Below are positions 1-10,048 of a stretch of 64,000 nt of DNA, in pieces (position 1 is the first letter of the stretch; every line of letters starts with the position of its first letter). Origin of the DNA: Polyangiaceae bacterium. GTDB taxonomy: Bacteria > Myxococcota_A > Polyangia > Polyangiales > Polyangiaceae. The position numbers and the translations under genes were made by a program. Below the pieces are notes generated by a model. The model searched no databases. It was not told the origin of the DNA and saw only the letters and a program-made list of their open reading frames with translations. The stretch spans positions 32,001-96,000 of the forward strand of contig JBILLK010000013.1 in NCBI GenBank assembly GCA_044376115.1. The letters are read 5' to 3'.

Positions 1-227
1 CGCTCCGCCGTGTCCCTCGCTATCCAGGTGTCGTCCGTCGGTCGCATCGTCAGGTGGTAGGCCATGGCGCTCATACACGCCGATGAGCAACTCCAATGCC
101 CGCCACAAACGCGCACGAAATCGCGCGAATTCTATGGCGGGCGCCTGAAAAAGGCCGGCGGGCGCCAGCGCGCGCGGATGGCTCGATGCCCCGATGCGCG
201 CCCCCAGGCTCGATGCCCGGCCGGATA

Positions 228-468
228 CGACACATCGCCCGCTGTCACCGTGAGACTCGGCGATATGTCGCGCCCGAAGGCTTGAGGCCCGCCGCGCAGC
301 GCACACGGAGGGCTCGATGCCCGGCCAGATACGACACATCGCCCGCTCTCACCGCGAGACTCGGCGATCTGTCGCGCCCGAAGGCTCCGCAGCGCGCGCG
401 CATGGCTCGACGCCCAGCCGCATGCGACACATCGCCCGCTGTCACCGCGAGACTCGGCGATATGTCGC
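228..468 (+). repeat. Family A hairpin repeat cluster, 3 copies (228-271, 332-375, 424-468); consensus GCGACACATCGCCCGCTGTCACCGTGAGACTCGGCGATATGTCGC (45 nt), REP-like
   Basis: Near-identical imperfect palindromes read directly; linkers share GGCTCGATGCCC-like motifs. Confidence 0.93.
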
Positions 469-589
469 CCCCAGCCGCTCGAGGCCCGCCGCCCAGCGCC
501 CCCGCCCCGCGCGCTCCGGTCTCTGCGCCACCACCCCATCCGCATCAATTCTGCGCACTCGGTGGGAGCGACTCCCGTAACGTTGGGTC

Positions 590-1471
590 GTGAGTTCCTT
601 CCTCAAGGCGATGCATGACCTCGTTGGCATAGGTCAGTGGCAAAGAAAAAGCGGCGGCGGGACGGCCTTTCTCGTCGTGTGGTGCGGCGTTGCAGCCAGC
701 ATGCTCAGCTTTGGGCTGTGGGCCGTGAGCCGCACGACGCAGGACGTGTTCAAGATGGCGCCGGAGCTGCAAGGGAGGCCCATTCGCTCGGCCTCGGACG
801 AGGAGCTCGGCAAGGGCGTCTTTCAAGGCACGCTGCGCGGTCCGGCGCGCAACGCTCCCTCCGGAGCGAAGGCGGTCGCTTGGTACGCCTGGCTTGATCG
901 GGTCGTGCAAAGCGGAAAGAACACGACGCGCGAGCGCTTGTGCACGTTGCATGAAGTGGAAGGGATCACGCTCGAAGCCGGTGGTAAGCGGATCCCGCTC
1001 AAGCTTGAACCGTCAACGTTCGACTTGGTGCAGTCGGGCAGCTTCTCAGCGCCGAGACCAAGCGAAGTTGAGATCTTCGGCGCGGTGACCAAGACTGCGG
1101 TTCCCGCGTCCGTCCTCGAGCGGCCCAAGTGCAAGTCGTCCGACACATCGAAGCTCGAATACAACGAGGTGGTCTGGACCGACGGCCGCGAGCTGGTCGT
1201 TTCGGGCGTTCGCGATGCGAAGGGTATCGGGCCGAGCGGCGACGGAGCTGACTTCGTCGCCAGCGAGTGCGGTGGATCAAACGACGGCTGCGCCGACGCC
1301 CAGCGCGGAAAGGACTTCGTCCTGCACAGCTGGGTCAACGGCGTTAGCTGGGTCACCACGATCGCCTTTGCGATCGCCGGGGTCTTCATCACCGTGGTCG
1401 GTGGGCTCAACCTTTGGCATCACCGCGCGCAGCAGAAACAGCGACGCACCATCGCCAGGAGGCTCGCGTGA
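590..1471 (+). CDS. Two-TM membrane protein, possibly GIDE-like
   Basis: Hydrophobic segments near both termini around a soluble domain; stop overlaps next start (GTGA). Confidence 0.7.
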   Translation: MSSFLKAMHDLVGIGQWQRKSGGGTAFLVVWCGVAASMLSFGLWAVSRTTQDVFKMAPELQGRPIRSASDEELGKGVFQGTLRGPARNAPSGAKAVAWYAWLDRVVQSGKNTTRERLCTLHEVEGITLEAGGKRIPLKLEPSTFDLVQSGSFSAPRPSEVEIFGAVTKTAVPASVLERPKCKSSDTSKLEYNEVVWTDGRELVVSGVRDAKGIGPSGDGADFVASECGGSNDGCADAQRGKDFVLHSWVNGVSWVTTIAFAIAGVFITVVGGLNLWHHRAQQKQRRTIARRLA

Positions 1472-2121
1472 TCCTGATCGCATCAGCGGTGCTGTTCGTC
1501 GCAGGGGTGACGTTGGTCGCGCTAGCGTGGCGCGAGTTGCGTCCGAGTCGCATGTTCCTCGAACGCCCGACCTCCGCAACCCAGGCGCTGAAGGCCGGCC
1601 CGGTCGAAGCGGCGGGCGTGCTGCGCGCGGATGGCGTCGCACCGCTGCAGAGCAGCTTTGGAGCCCCTTGTGTGATCGTTCATACGCTGTATGAGCGGCG
1701 CATTGGGCGGAACAGCTACCGCGAAGAATCGCGGGACACCGTCGCGGTCCCTGCCCTCTTGAGCGACGCCAGCGGCTCGTGCAAGGTGGAGCTCTCCCAT
1801 GTGGACCTGATGGGCGAGAGCTGGGAGGTGCGACTCGCCGACGGCAGGCGCATCACCCAAACCATCGTCCGCGATGGAGCCAGCGTTTTCGTCGCCGGCA
1901 ACGCGACCCCCACCGGCGTGGTCGCAGCCCACGACTACCGCGGCAACGTGCCCCAACTCGCGATTGGGCCCAGTGCGGATAGTCCACTGCTCCTCTCGCT
2001 CGGCAGCCAATCGAACGCGATCTGGAGCTACGGCTGGCGGGCGATCGTCGGTGCGCTGTGCGGCGTTTGCCTGCTCGCGCTCAGCGCCGCTGCAGCGTTC
2101 ATCCACTCAGCGCTGCCCTGA
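1468..2121 (+). CDS. GIDE-domain-like membrane protein
   Basis: N-terminal TM, PTS..L..GPVE..G, PLQS..G.PCV, VP.LLSDASG.C.V pattern, C-terminal TM; AGGAGG upstream of GTG 1468. Confidence 0.65.
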   Translation: MILIASAVLFVAGVTLVALAWRELRPSRMFLERPTSATQALKAGPVEAAGVLRADGVAPLQSSFGAPCVIVHTLYERRIGRNSYREESRDTVAVPALLSDASGSCKVELSHVDLMGESWEVRLADGRRITQTIVRDGASVFVAGNATPTGVVAAHDYRGNVPQLAIGPSADSPLLLSLGSQSNAIWSYGWRAIVGALCGVCLLALSAAAAFIHSALP

Positions 2122-2180
2122 CGCTGGCTGATTGTACGATCAACCGCTAGCTTGCCGGAGATGGGGCTCGCGTGACCTTA

Positions 2181-4401
2181 ATGAACGGGACGGTCGGTCT
2201 CTTGCTGCTTGGGGCGCTGGCTGGCTGTGAGGAAAGCTCGCCTTCGAGCGAGGCCACCGGCGCAGAGCGTGGAGCCGAGGAGACGGGGGTGGCGGCAGCC
2301 GCGCTGGTTCGATCTCGGCAGCTATCCAATCGAGCCTTTTCCGTTTGGGTCGGGGAACGACAACTGGGACGTCGAGTGGGAATGTGGCGTTGGGCATCTG
2401 GTCTGGGTCGAAGCGCAGGCGGACCACGACAGGGTGATGCAGATCCGCTTCAATCAGGCGGGGCAGCTGCTGGATATGGCCCCGCTGCTGGTCTACGAGC
2501 AAGACCCTCCGCTCCCACCGAACCAAGGCGGGAACTACGACCAAGGGCCGCGTCGGGTTGACAGCGTGCGCCTCGAGCGCTCAGCAGACGGAGTCTGGCT
2601 GGTCGCGCATGAGGTGGAGAATTGGACCCAGCCTGGTTTCGGGTATGGCAAGACCAACCGCGTTCGCGGCTTTGTGTTGAGCGCAGACGGCAGCGTGTCG
2701 GGGAACACCGTGCTCGGATTTGCCATGGACAATCTTATCGGGTCGGACGACCTCTACAAGATTGACATCTACGCGACGGGCTTCGACGGCACCCATGCCT
2801 ACGTCGTTTTCCAGATCACCCTCGACGAGGACCCGTCGATTTGGGAGGGTGACCTTAGGGTCGTACGCGATGACGCGCTCGTGGTTAGGAGCGCCTTCGG
2901 CTGGGAACTGACGCATCAACCGTACTTATTCGATTCCTTTGCCTGTGGCTTCGGCCGCTGCATGTTCCGCTACGGCGAAGCGCCCCCGTCGCCGGAAAAC
3001 AAGTTTCACAGCGACATCTTTTCGAGCAGTGGGCTGCTCCAGGCGACGTACCCCATATATCCGTTTCCTAACGCCAACCCCTACGGCCAACCTGTTGCTC
3101 TCGAGTCCTGTGACTTCTTGGTGGCTGGTGCGAACTCGTGGGTCCTAGAGGGCCACACCATCGTTGGCGGTCCGCATGTGCTGCCAGGAACCGCGGGTGG
3201 CTCGTTCGTCGACGATGGCGTCGAGCTGACTCGTTACTTCAGCGATGCCGGTGTGCTTTCGTCCCATACCTTCACCGCAGACGGTGCGCCCCAAGCCGTG
3301 ACGGTGAGCGAGCCCTCGCTTGTGAGCAATCGCATCGTTCGTATCGGAGACGGGAAATCCTTGGCGGTATTGCGCACAGGGAACACGTTTACCGCTCAGT
3401 TCGTCGGAAGTAGCGCGCTCGTGGAGGTGGACGGGCAGTGTGATCTATTGGGAGATGCAGGCCTCGCCAGCGGCAATAACCCGGACTGCTCGCAGTTCAG
3501 TGGGCTTGGCATCCCGTGCACCGTGGATGCGGAGTGTGACTCTGGCTTCTGCGTCAACCAGGTGTGCTGCAACTCAAGCTGTGTTGGCGGCTGTGAAGCC
3601 TGCAGCGTCGCAAGCGATGGAGCAATCGATGGCGTCTGCTCGCCGCGCGCGTTGTGGTCGAACTGTCGCGCCGGAGCCGTTTGCAATCCAGCAGAGTATT
3701 GTGATGGCGTTTCGAGCGAGTGCCCTGCAGACGTCTTTGATCCAGACGGCACGAGCTGTGAGGGGGCTTGCGCAAGTGCGTGCGCGGCTGGGCAATGCGT
3801 TGTACTTCCCAACTGCGACTTCGAGGTGGCTTGTGGTCCCGGCGAATGCGATGACGGCAATGAGTGCACGCTGGACAAGTGCTTCAGCGAGAGCGGCTGC
3901 TCTCACACTCCGCTCGCCTTGACCTTCTGCGACCTCGACAATCCATGCGCTGAGTACAGCATTTGCACCGCCAACGGCTGCGTCGGGACAGCCAAGCCTG
4001 AAGGCACGCCGTGCCCCGGAGGAACCTGCGTTGGGCTCGTCTGTACGCCTGAGGGCGGCAGCGGAGGAGCCGGCGGTAGCGGAGGGGCGGGCGGTAGCGG
4101 AGCTGGCGGTAGCGCTGAGAACGGCGGCAGCGGCGCTGGCGGTAGCGCTGAGAACGGCGGCAGCGCAGAGGGCGGCGCAGCAGGCTCCGGCGGCGCAGAG
4201 CCAACCGGCGGCTCAGGCTTGGGCGGTGACAACACGGCCGCTTCCACCGGGAGCGGAGAGCCACCGCAGAGGCTCGAGCTTAGCGGTGGCACCGGCTCGT
4301 GTGACGTCACGTCGGGCCGCACCTCGGCGAGCGGGCTCTGGCTCGCTGCGGGCCTCGCGGGCGCAGCGCTACGACGGCGGAAGCGGAAGCTCGCGAGCTA
4401 G
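2181..4401 (+). pseudogene. Large Cys-rich surface protein with lipobox and MYXO-CTERM-like tail, frameshifted near 2305-2312 (or sequencing error)
   Basis: LLLLGALAGC signal in one frame, 730-aa body in another; disintegrin-like CNPAEYCDG..CPAD and CDDGNECTLDKC repeats; GSC..hydrophobic..RRRKRK tail. Confidence 0.7.
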
Positions 4402-4459
4402 CGAGCGCTGCGTGCTCTCGCTCCTAGCCTCGGCCAGGAGCGAGCTCACCGCCTCTCGA

Positions 4460-5269
4460 TCAATCCTCGCTCGCGGCGTCTCCAGCTTGGGCGACGCGGA
4501 TCTTCGTCTTTTGCGGGCTGACGATGAAGGTGACGATTCGCTCTTTGGCCTCGAACTCCTGGCGGTAGGTGTCGGCGGAGCGCTTGTACTTGAACGGCCC
4601 GATGCGCACGCGGTGCCAGAGCCCGCGGCCCTTGACGTTGGCCGACTCGACGTAGGCGTGGTGACCGCGACGGCGCAACGCGGAGGCGAAGGACTGCGCT
4701 TCTTCATCGGTCTTGAACGAGCTCACCTGCAGTTGGAAGCCGCCTGCTTGACCGGCCTCGACCTCGGTGCCGGTCTCGCGTGAGACCTGGCGTGTGGCGC
4801 TGCCGAGCGAATCGCTGGGGCTCTGGAACTGCGGTTCCTTCCCTGCATCCGAGAGCAACTGCTGCGCGGGTAGCGGCATCACCGGCAAGCGATCCGCGGC
4901 CGGCGGCGGCGCGGTGGGATGCCCGAGCGGCAAGTTGAACTCCGGGTCCACCACCTTGTCGTTGTTGCGGATGGCCTCGAGCGCCGTCGTCGGTTGGTCG
5001 CTGTTGGAGAGCATGCGCGGGAAGGTCACGTCCACGGTCTCCGCCGGGGCCTCCGAGCGCGCCTTTGTCACCAGCGAGCCGAGCGGATCCACGTTCTCGC
5101 TCGGTGCGTGCGCCGGCTTGCGCAGCAACATCACCGAGGCCAACACCACACAGGCGCCGCCGAGGGATGCGACGAGGAGCGCGCCAAGTTTGGAAGGTCG
5201 AGCCTGCACTGGATCTGTTTCCTGGATCTCGTCGAGGTTTCTAAGCCGTGCGTTCGTTGCTCGCTGCAT
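4460..5269 (-). CDS. SPOR domain protein (FtsN/DedD-like)
   Basis: N-terminal TM, low-complexity linker, C-terminal FQLQVSSF...WHRVRIGPF SPOR motif. Confidence 0.88.
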   Translation of the reverse strand: MQRATNARLRNLDEIQETDPVQARPSKLGALLVASLGGACVVLASVMLLRKPAHAPSENVDPLGSLVTKARSEAPAETVDVTFPRMLSNSDQPTTALEAIRNNDKVVDPEFNLPLGHPTAPPPAADRLPVMPLPAQQLLSDAGKEPQFQSPSDSLGSATRQVSRETGTEVEAGQAGGFQLQVSSFKTDEEAQSFASALRRRGHHAYVESANVKGRGLWHRVRIGPFKYKRSADTYRQEFEAKERIVTFIVSPQKTKIRVAQAGDAASED

Positions 5270-5309
5270 ACCTGGGCACTATCAAAGCACGTCGCTGTAT
5301 CCAAGAAAC

Positions 5310-6662
5310 CTACATTGTAATCTTTTGTAGGCTGAACACTTGAGCGGCCTTCCAGCGCGTCTCCTCGAACTCGCGATCGGCGTCGCTGTCCACCACGATA
5401 CCGCCGCCAACCCAGTAGTTTCCAGCGCCGTTTCGCTCGAACACCATGGTTCGAATGGCCATCGAAAGGCGCACATCGCCCGCTCGCGTGAGCACACCCA
5501 CTGCACCGGTGTAGAGCCCGCGACGGGCTGTCTCGAGCTCGGCGATCACCTCCATCGCCCGCACCTTCGGCGCGCCGGTAACGCTGCCGCTCGGCAGCAG
5601 CGCGCGCAGTACGTCGGCTCGCGATAGCTCCGCCCGGCAACGCCCGCTCACCGTGCTCACACGATGAAACACCGTGGAGTGCGCTTCGCTGCGCACCGCC
5701 GAACGCTGCACCGAGCCGGGCTCGCAAACGCGGTTGAGATCGTTGCGCTCGACATCGACGATCATCGCCAGCTCGGCCCGCTCCTTCTCGTCGGTCTCCA
5801 GCTCCAAGAGCAGCCGCGCGTCTTCCTCCGCGGTCTTTCCGCGCGCACGCGTGCCCTTGATCGGGATCGTCTCCAGCGCCGAAAAGCGCGTGCCATCAGC
5901 GCTGGCCTTCGCGCAAAGCGCCAACTCCGGACTTGCGCCCACCACCGTCGCGCCCTCGCGAGTGTGAAACAAAAAGCGAAACGGCGCCGGGAACTCCTGC
6001 GTCAAGCGCGCGAGCAAACGCGCATAGTCGGCCGGGCGCTCCGCCGCGAACTGCAGCGTCAGCTGCCGAGCCAGGTTCACCTGATAGAACTCGCCCTCGC
6101 GAATGCGCGCCACCGCCGCACGCACCCGCTCGCGATGCAACTCCGCCGGCTCGCTCTCAACGATGCTGAGCCGCGGGAGCCGTTCGAGCGGCTGTTCGCC
6201 CCCCGGCGGCACAAGCGGCGGCTCGGCCCGCGACGACGCGCCCTTCGCCACATCGGTGCGCAACAACCTCGCTTCAATCTCCGCGAGCAGCGCCTGCGAA
6301 TCTGCCACCACGTAGCTCTCCCCCGACGCTGCGATCACCACCGCCGCAGCAAAACGCCGCCACTCGATTTGCGCGCACGGCGGCGCAGCGCGCTTCTCCG
6401 CCACGCTCCAAGCCGGACGCTCCAACCCCGACCGAAAGGCCTCATACGGCAGCACGCCCGCCCACAAGGGCACGTCGCGCGCCAGCGGATCAGCCGGGCA
6501 CACGATCGGCTTTCCCTCCAGCGGATCCAACGCACCGCTCGCCTCCTCCGGAAAAAGCAATACGTACCAAACGCCCTGATCGAACCAAACCGTCGCCTGC
6601 TCAAAGAGCGTCGCCACGCGCAACCAATCCAGCGCCGTTGAGCTGCGTACCGAGCAGACCAT
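5310..6662 (-). CDS. Chorismate-binding enzyme (PabB / anthranilate synthase component I family); start approximate
   Basis: YQVNL, ASPE, PIKGT, KERAELAMIVDVERNDL, PSGSVTGAPKVRAME, RGLYTG, IRT motifs. Confidence 0.92.
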   Translation of the reverse strand: MVCSVRSSTALDWLRVATLFEQATVWFDQGVWYVLLFPEEASGALDPLEGKPIVCPADPLARDVPLWAGVLPYEAFRSGLERPAWSVAEKRAAPPCAQIEWRRFAAAVVIAASGESYVVADSQALLAEIEARLLRTDVAKGASSRAEPPLVPPGGEQPLERLPRLSIVESEPAELHRERVRAAVARIREGEFYQVNLARQLTLQFAAERPADYARLLARLTQEFPAPFRFLFHTREGATVVGASPELALCAKASADGTRFSALETIPIKGTRARGKTAEEDARLLLELETDEKERAELAMIVDVERNDLNRVCEPGSVQRSAVRSEAHSTVFHRVSTVSGRCRAELSRADVLRALLPSGSVTGAPKVRAMEVIAELETARRGLYTGAVGVLTRAGDVRLSMAIRTMVFERNGAGNYWVGGGIVVDSDADREFEETRWKAAQVFSLQKITM

Positions 6663-6772
6663 GCCGCATCTTCGTCGCTGCACCGTGCAGTGGCAACGGG
6701 AGAAGCCCGGGCGACGGGGGACGCGGCGTGGACGCTGGGGCGGCTCGAGGATCGATAGGGTATGCTCAGCTC

Positions 6773-7360
6773 GTGAGTGAGGCAGTCAAGCTCCGGCCCG
6801 CAACCACCGCCGATCTGTTAGCGATCCCCGAAGAGCATCGTCGACACGAGATCGTTGACGGCGTGCTGGTGGAGAAGGAGGCAGCGTCGGGCCGCCACGG
6901 TGGGGCGCAGGGCCGAGTTTTCCGCCAACTCGGTCCGTTCGACCGACGCCCTGGCGGGCGGCTGCCAGGCGGTTGGTGGTTTGCAACGGAGGCCGAGATC
7001 GAGCTCGCGCCAACGCAGGTCTTTCGCCCGGATGTTGCCGGTTGGCGGCGGGACCGCATGAGCGCGTTGCCGTCAGAGGTGCCGATCCGCGTGGCGCCCG
7101 ATTGGGTCTGCGAGGTGCTCTCGACGAACAGACGCAACGACTTGATCAAGAAGAAGCGCGCCTACCACCAGCACAAAGTCGGTCACTACTGGCTTGTCGA
7201 CCCCATTGAAGAGACGCTCTCGGTTCATCGTTGGCACACCGATGGGTTCGTCGAAGTCCTGGTCGCGGATCGCACAGAGACAGTCCGCGCCGAGCCCTTC
7301 GACGCGATCGAACTCAAGATCGCAGTGCTCTTTGGTGACGACGACGACTCAACAGAGTGA
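6773..7360 (+). CDS. Uma2 family (DUF820) endonuclease-fold protein
   Basis: EIVDG, W.FATE.EI, PDVAGWRRDRM, PDWVCEVLS, KK.AY....V.HYWLVDP. Confidence 0.92.
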   Translation: MSEAVKLRPATTADLLAIPEEHRRHEIVDGVLVEKEAASGRHGGAQGRVFRQLGPFDRRPGGRLPGGWWFATEAEIELAPTQVFRPDVAGWRRDRMSALPSEVPIRVAPDWVCEVLSTNRRNDLIKKKRAYHQHKVGHYWLVDPIEETLSVHRWHTDGFVEVLVADRTETVRAEPFDAIELKIAVLFGDDDDSTE

Positions 7361-7391
7361 GGTCGTGCGTGCTGCTCCCTGGTCAGCCGGG

Positions 7392-8126
7392 TCAGAGTTG
7401 TCGCCACCTGGCGAACAACAATTCAGCATATGGAGCGCTTCCAATCTGATAGGCGCCTAGCGCATACCCGTCGTTAGCCTCCACCAAGGCGGTCTCCCCT
7501 GATGACAGGACGCCGAAGTCTATTGCATAGGCGACCGGCGCTTCGCCTGATTGTCCGTATTCTGCAATAGCGTTCGTTACGGCGGCCAGATCGAGTTCAA
7601 CGCCTGCGTCACCGCTATAGTGGTCTATTGCGACGATCCCGGCCGCATTGACATAGACGCGATACTCGGACCGCCAAGAGACCACTTCGGAACACCAAAC
7701 AGACTCGCGGCGACTCGTCCCGCCTACGCGATAGAAGTCGGATTGACCGGAAAACACGCACCCCGTGAATACCTTCGCGCGAGATGCGGGCTTGGCGAAC
7801 ACCGGCGCTCCGCCTTCTTCAACCCGCGTCCTGACGTTGGCGAGCGTGTCGAGCCATACCTTGCGAAGCAGGTATTGCGTCAATGACGGTGGATAGTAGC
7901 TCGCCTCGGGAATTGGGATCTTGAGCTGCCGCATGGCGCCGTGCATGCAATCCATGTCGCCAAAGATGTACGAACGGCTGGTAAGCGGCAGTTGGCGGCG
8001 CTCGATACGCTTCGGCGTGTAAAGCTGGATTGGTATCTCAAGCCGGATGCAGTGCTCACGCACCAACTCGGCTTCGCGCATCAAGCGCCCGTTTCCCTGT
8101 TCCTGGATGAACGCAACGTCGAACAC
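7392..8126 (-). CDS. ATP-grasp domain protein, R2K clade-like
   Basis: YPPSL..YL.RKVW, PVFAKP...KVFTG, SEVV.W.SEYRVYV, YAIDFGV....TALVEANDGYALGAY. Confidence 0.8.
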   Translation of the reverse strand: MFDVAFIQEQGNGRLMREAELVREHCIRLEIPIQLYTPKRIERRQLPLTSRSYIFGDMDCMHGAMRQLKIPIPEASYYPPSLTQYLLRKVWLDTLANVRTRVEEGGAPVFAKPASRAKVFTGCVFSGQSDFYRVGGTSRRESVWCSEVVSWRSEYRVYVNAAGIVAIDHYSGDAGVELDLAAVTNAIAEYGQSGEAPVAYAIDFGVLSSGETALVEANDGYALGAYQIGSAPYAELLFARWRQL

Positions 8127-8267
8127 TAGAGGCCTCGCTCGCGGTGCCGAGTCGCACGTTAACGGCGAGGCGACCAGTGCGTCACGTGCGATAGCCAATC
8201 AACATCGACGATGTCGGTGCCGTGCGCGACGACGGCGGGCGCCCGAACGCTCCAGGCCCGGCCTGAT

Positions 8268-8548
8268 GCGACACATCGCCCGCTGTCACCGCGAGACTCG
8301 GCGATATGTCGCTCCTCGCCGCTCGAGCCCCGCCCACGTGCGACACATCGCCCGCTGTCACGGTGAGACTCGGCGATATGTCGCGCCGCGCGGCTCGAGC
8401 CCCGCCCGCGTGCGACACATCGCCCGCTGTCACGGTGAGACTCGGCGATATGTCGCGCCCGGAGGCTCGATGCCCGCTTCGGGCCGCCCGATGCCCGGCG
8501 GGATGCGACACATCGCCCCATGTCACGGTGAGACTCGCCGTAATGTCG
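8268..8548 (+). repeat. Family A hairpin repeat cluster, 4 copies (8268, 8340, 8412, degenerate 8505)
   Basis: 45-nt consensus; first three copies have a 72-nt period. Confidence 0.93.
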
Positions 8549-8598
8549 TTGCTTGGGCCAGCTCACCCCGTCACGGACCCACCGTGGTACTTTGAGCC

Positions 8599-10005
8599 AT
8601 GCTCCGCTCACCGGGATGGCTGGTCGCGCTCGTCTCGCCGTTGGCGCTCGCAGCGTGCGGTGATGACGCCGCGAGCACTGGCTCGGGTGCGTCGAATTCA
8701 GCGTCGGGCGCCGCGGGCGCGGGTGGAAACGGCGGGGGTGGCGGTTCCGGCGCTGCAGGCGGGTCCGGTGCGGCAGGCGGTACCGGAGGCGCCGGCGCGT
8801 CGAGCTCATCGGGCGCGGGCGGCTCGGAGCCGAGCTTCGCGAGCGCGCTGATCACCGAGCATCACCGCTTCATCCCCGGCGCGATGTTCGGCGGGTGGGG
8901 ACCACACCTCGGGCACTTGGTTCGCGCGAGCGGGTCGCTCTACTTCGTGGATGACGTGTGCTCGCAGGTCGCGTCGAGCAGCGTATATCCGCCGTGCGAC
9001 ATGAACGACGATCACACGCTCGCGGTCTTCGAGTGGACGAACGGCGAGTGGCAAACCATCGGCGTGATGAACCCGCCCGGCGTTGTGCAACAGAACACAG
9101 CGACCATCGCGAGCGCGGACGGGACGAAGCTCCACACCTTCGGCATCGACTCGGGTGCGGCGGTGGTCGTCGAGTGCACCTTCACCATCGCGACGGCCGC
9201 GTCGAATTGCGCCGCGTTGCCGATCGCGACGGGGCCGTTTGCGAACTACGTCGGCGCGGCGATCTCACCGCAGGGACATCGCATGGTTTGGTGGACGGGC
9301 GTCGTCGACGGGGGCGGCGGCTCGTTCCACTTCATCGTCGACTACGGTGGAGGCTGGAACGGCCCGCGCTCGGGAGGCGTCGCCGGCTTCAACGACTCGT
9401 CGTACATCAACGTCGCGTTCGAGCCGGGCTCATCGGCGTTCACGATGCACACGCAGCTCGTCGCAGGGCTCGCGCCCAACTGGACCTTCCACGGCGGCAC
9501 CGGCGTCGGCGACCTCGCGCTGAACGCCCCGGTCACCTGGGCGACGAACCTCGCCGCGGTCGAAGGCGACGCGATCGCCTCCACCAACGACATCTGGATC
9601 GATCCGGACGGCGACGCGCACCTCCTCGCGCGCAGCGCCGCCGGCAAGCTCGTCTACTTTCATCGACCCGCTGGCGGTGAATTCAGTGCGACCTTCTGGC
9701 GCGACAGCACCCTGCGCGGGCGCTTCGTCCCCTTCGCCGACAAGCTCGCGATCGCGCTCGGCCCCGCGGGCGCCGGACTCGAACTCTTGGTCGCCTCCGC
9801 CAACGAGGTCGCCGCGAGCTCGCCCATCGACTGGGCCAGCAAGTCCCCAATCGCGGTCCCCCTCCCCGCCGGCTACGAATCACTCATGGCCATCTACCCA
9901 GCCGCGCCGCCATACTTCCTCGAGCCCGCTACGGATGTCGACGTCGTGATCGTCGGCACGCCGAAGGAGAACGAGGCGCTGCACGTTCACGTCGAAGGGC
10001 TGTAG
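8599..10005 (+). CDS. Hypothetical lipoprotein with Gly-rich linker and beta-rich domain
   Basis: LALAAC lipobox, Gly/Ala linker, high-GC3 codon pattern. Confidence 0.8.
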   Translation: MLRSPGWLVALVSPLALAACGDDAASTGSGASNSASGAAGAGGNGGGGGSGAAGGSGAAGGTGGAGASSSSGAGGSEPSFASALITEHHRFIPGAMFGGWGPHLGHLVRASGSLYFVDDVCSQVASSSVYPPCDMNDDHTLAVFEWTNGEWQTIGVMNPPGVVQQNTATIASADGTKLHTFGIDSGAAVVVECTFTIATAASNCAALPIATGPFANYVGAAISPQGHRMVWWTGVVDGGGGSFHFIVDYGGGWNGPRSGGVAGFNDSSYINVAFEPGSSAFTMHTQLVAGLAPNWTFHGGTGVGDLALNAPVTWATNLAAVEGDAIASTNDIWIDPDGDAHLLARSAAGKLVYFHRPAGGEFSATFWRDSTLRGRFVPFADKLAIALGPAGAGLELLVASANEVAASSPIDWASKSPIAVPLPAGYESLMAIYPAAPPYFLEPATDVDVVIVGTPKENEALHVHVEGL

Positions 10006-10048
10006 ACGCGCCTCCGAAGGCCAGACTCAACCTTCGACTTGGCACGAG

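Noticed and set aside
64..630. ORFs with RHIARCHRETRRYVA / CDTSPAVTVRLGD or GPAINHRPAQCR peptides (also at 8047-8851, 22946-23693, 57664-58494, 59170-59537, 60808-61167)
   Set aside because: These are translations of the non-coding repeats.
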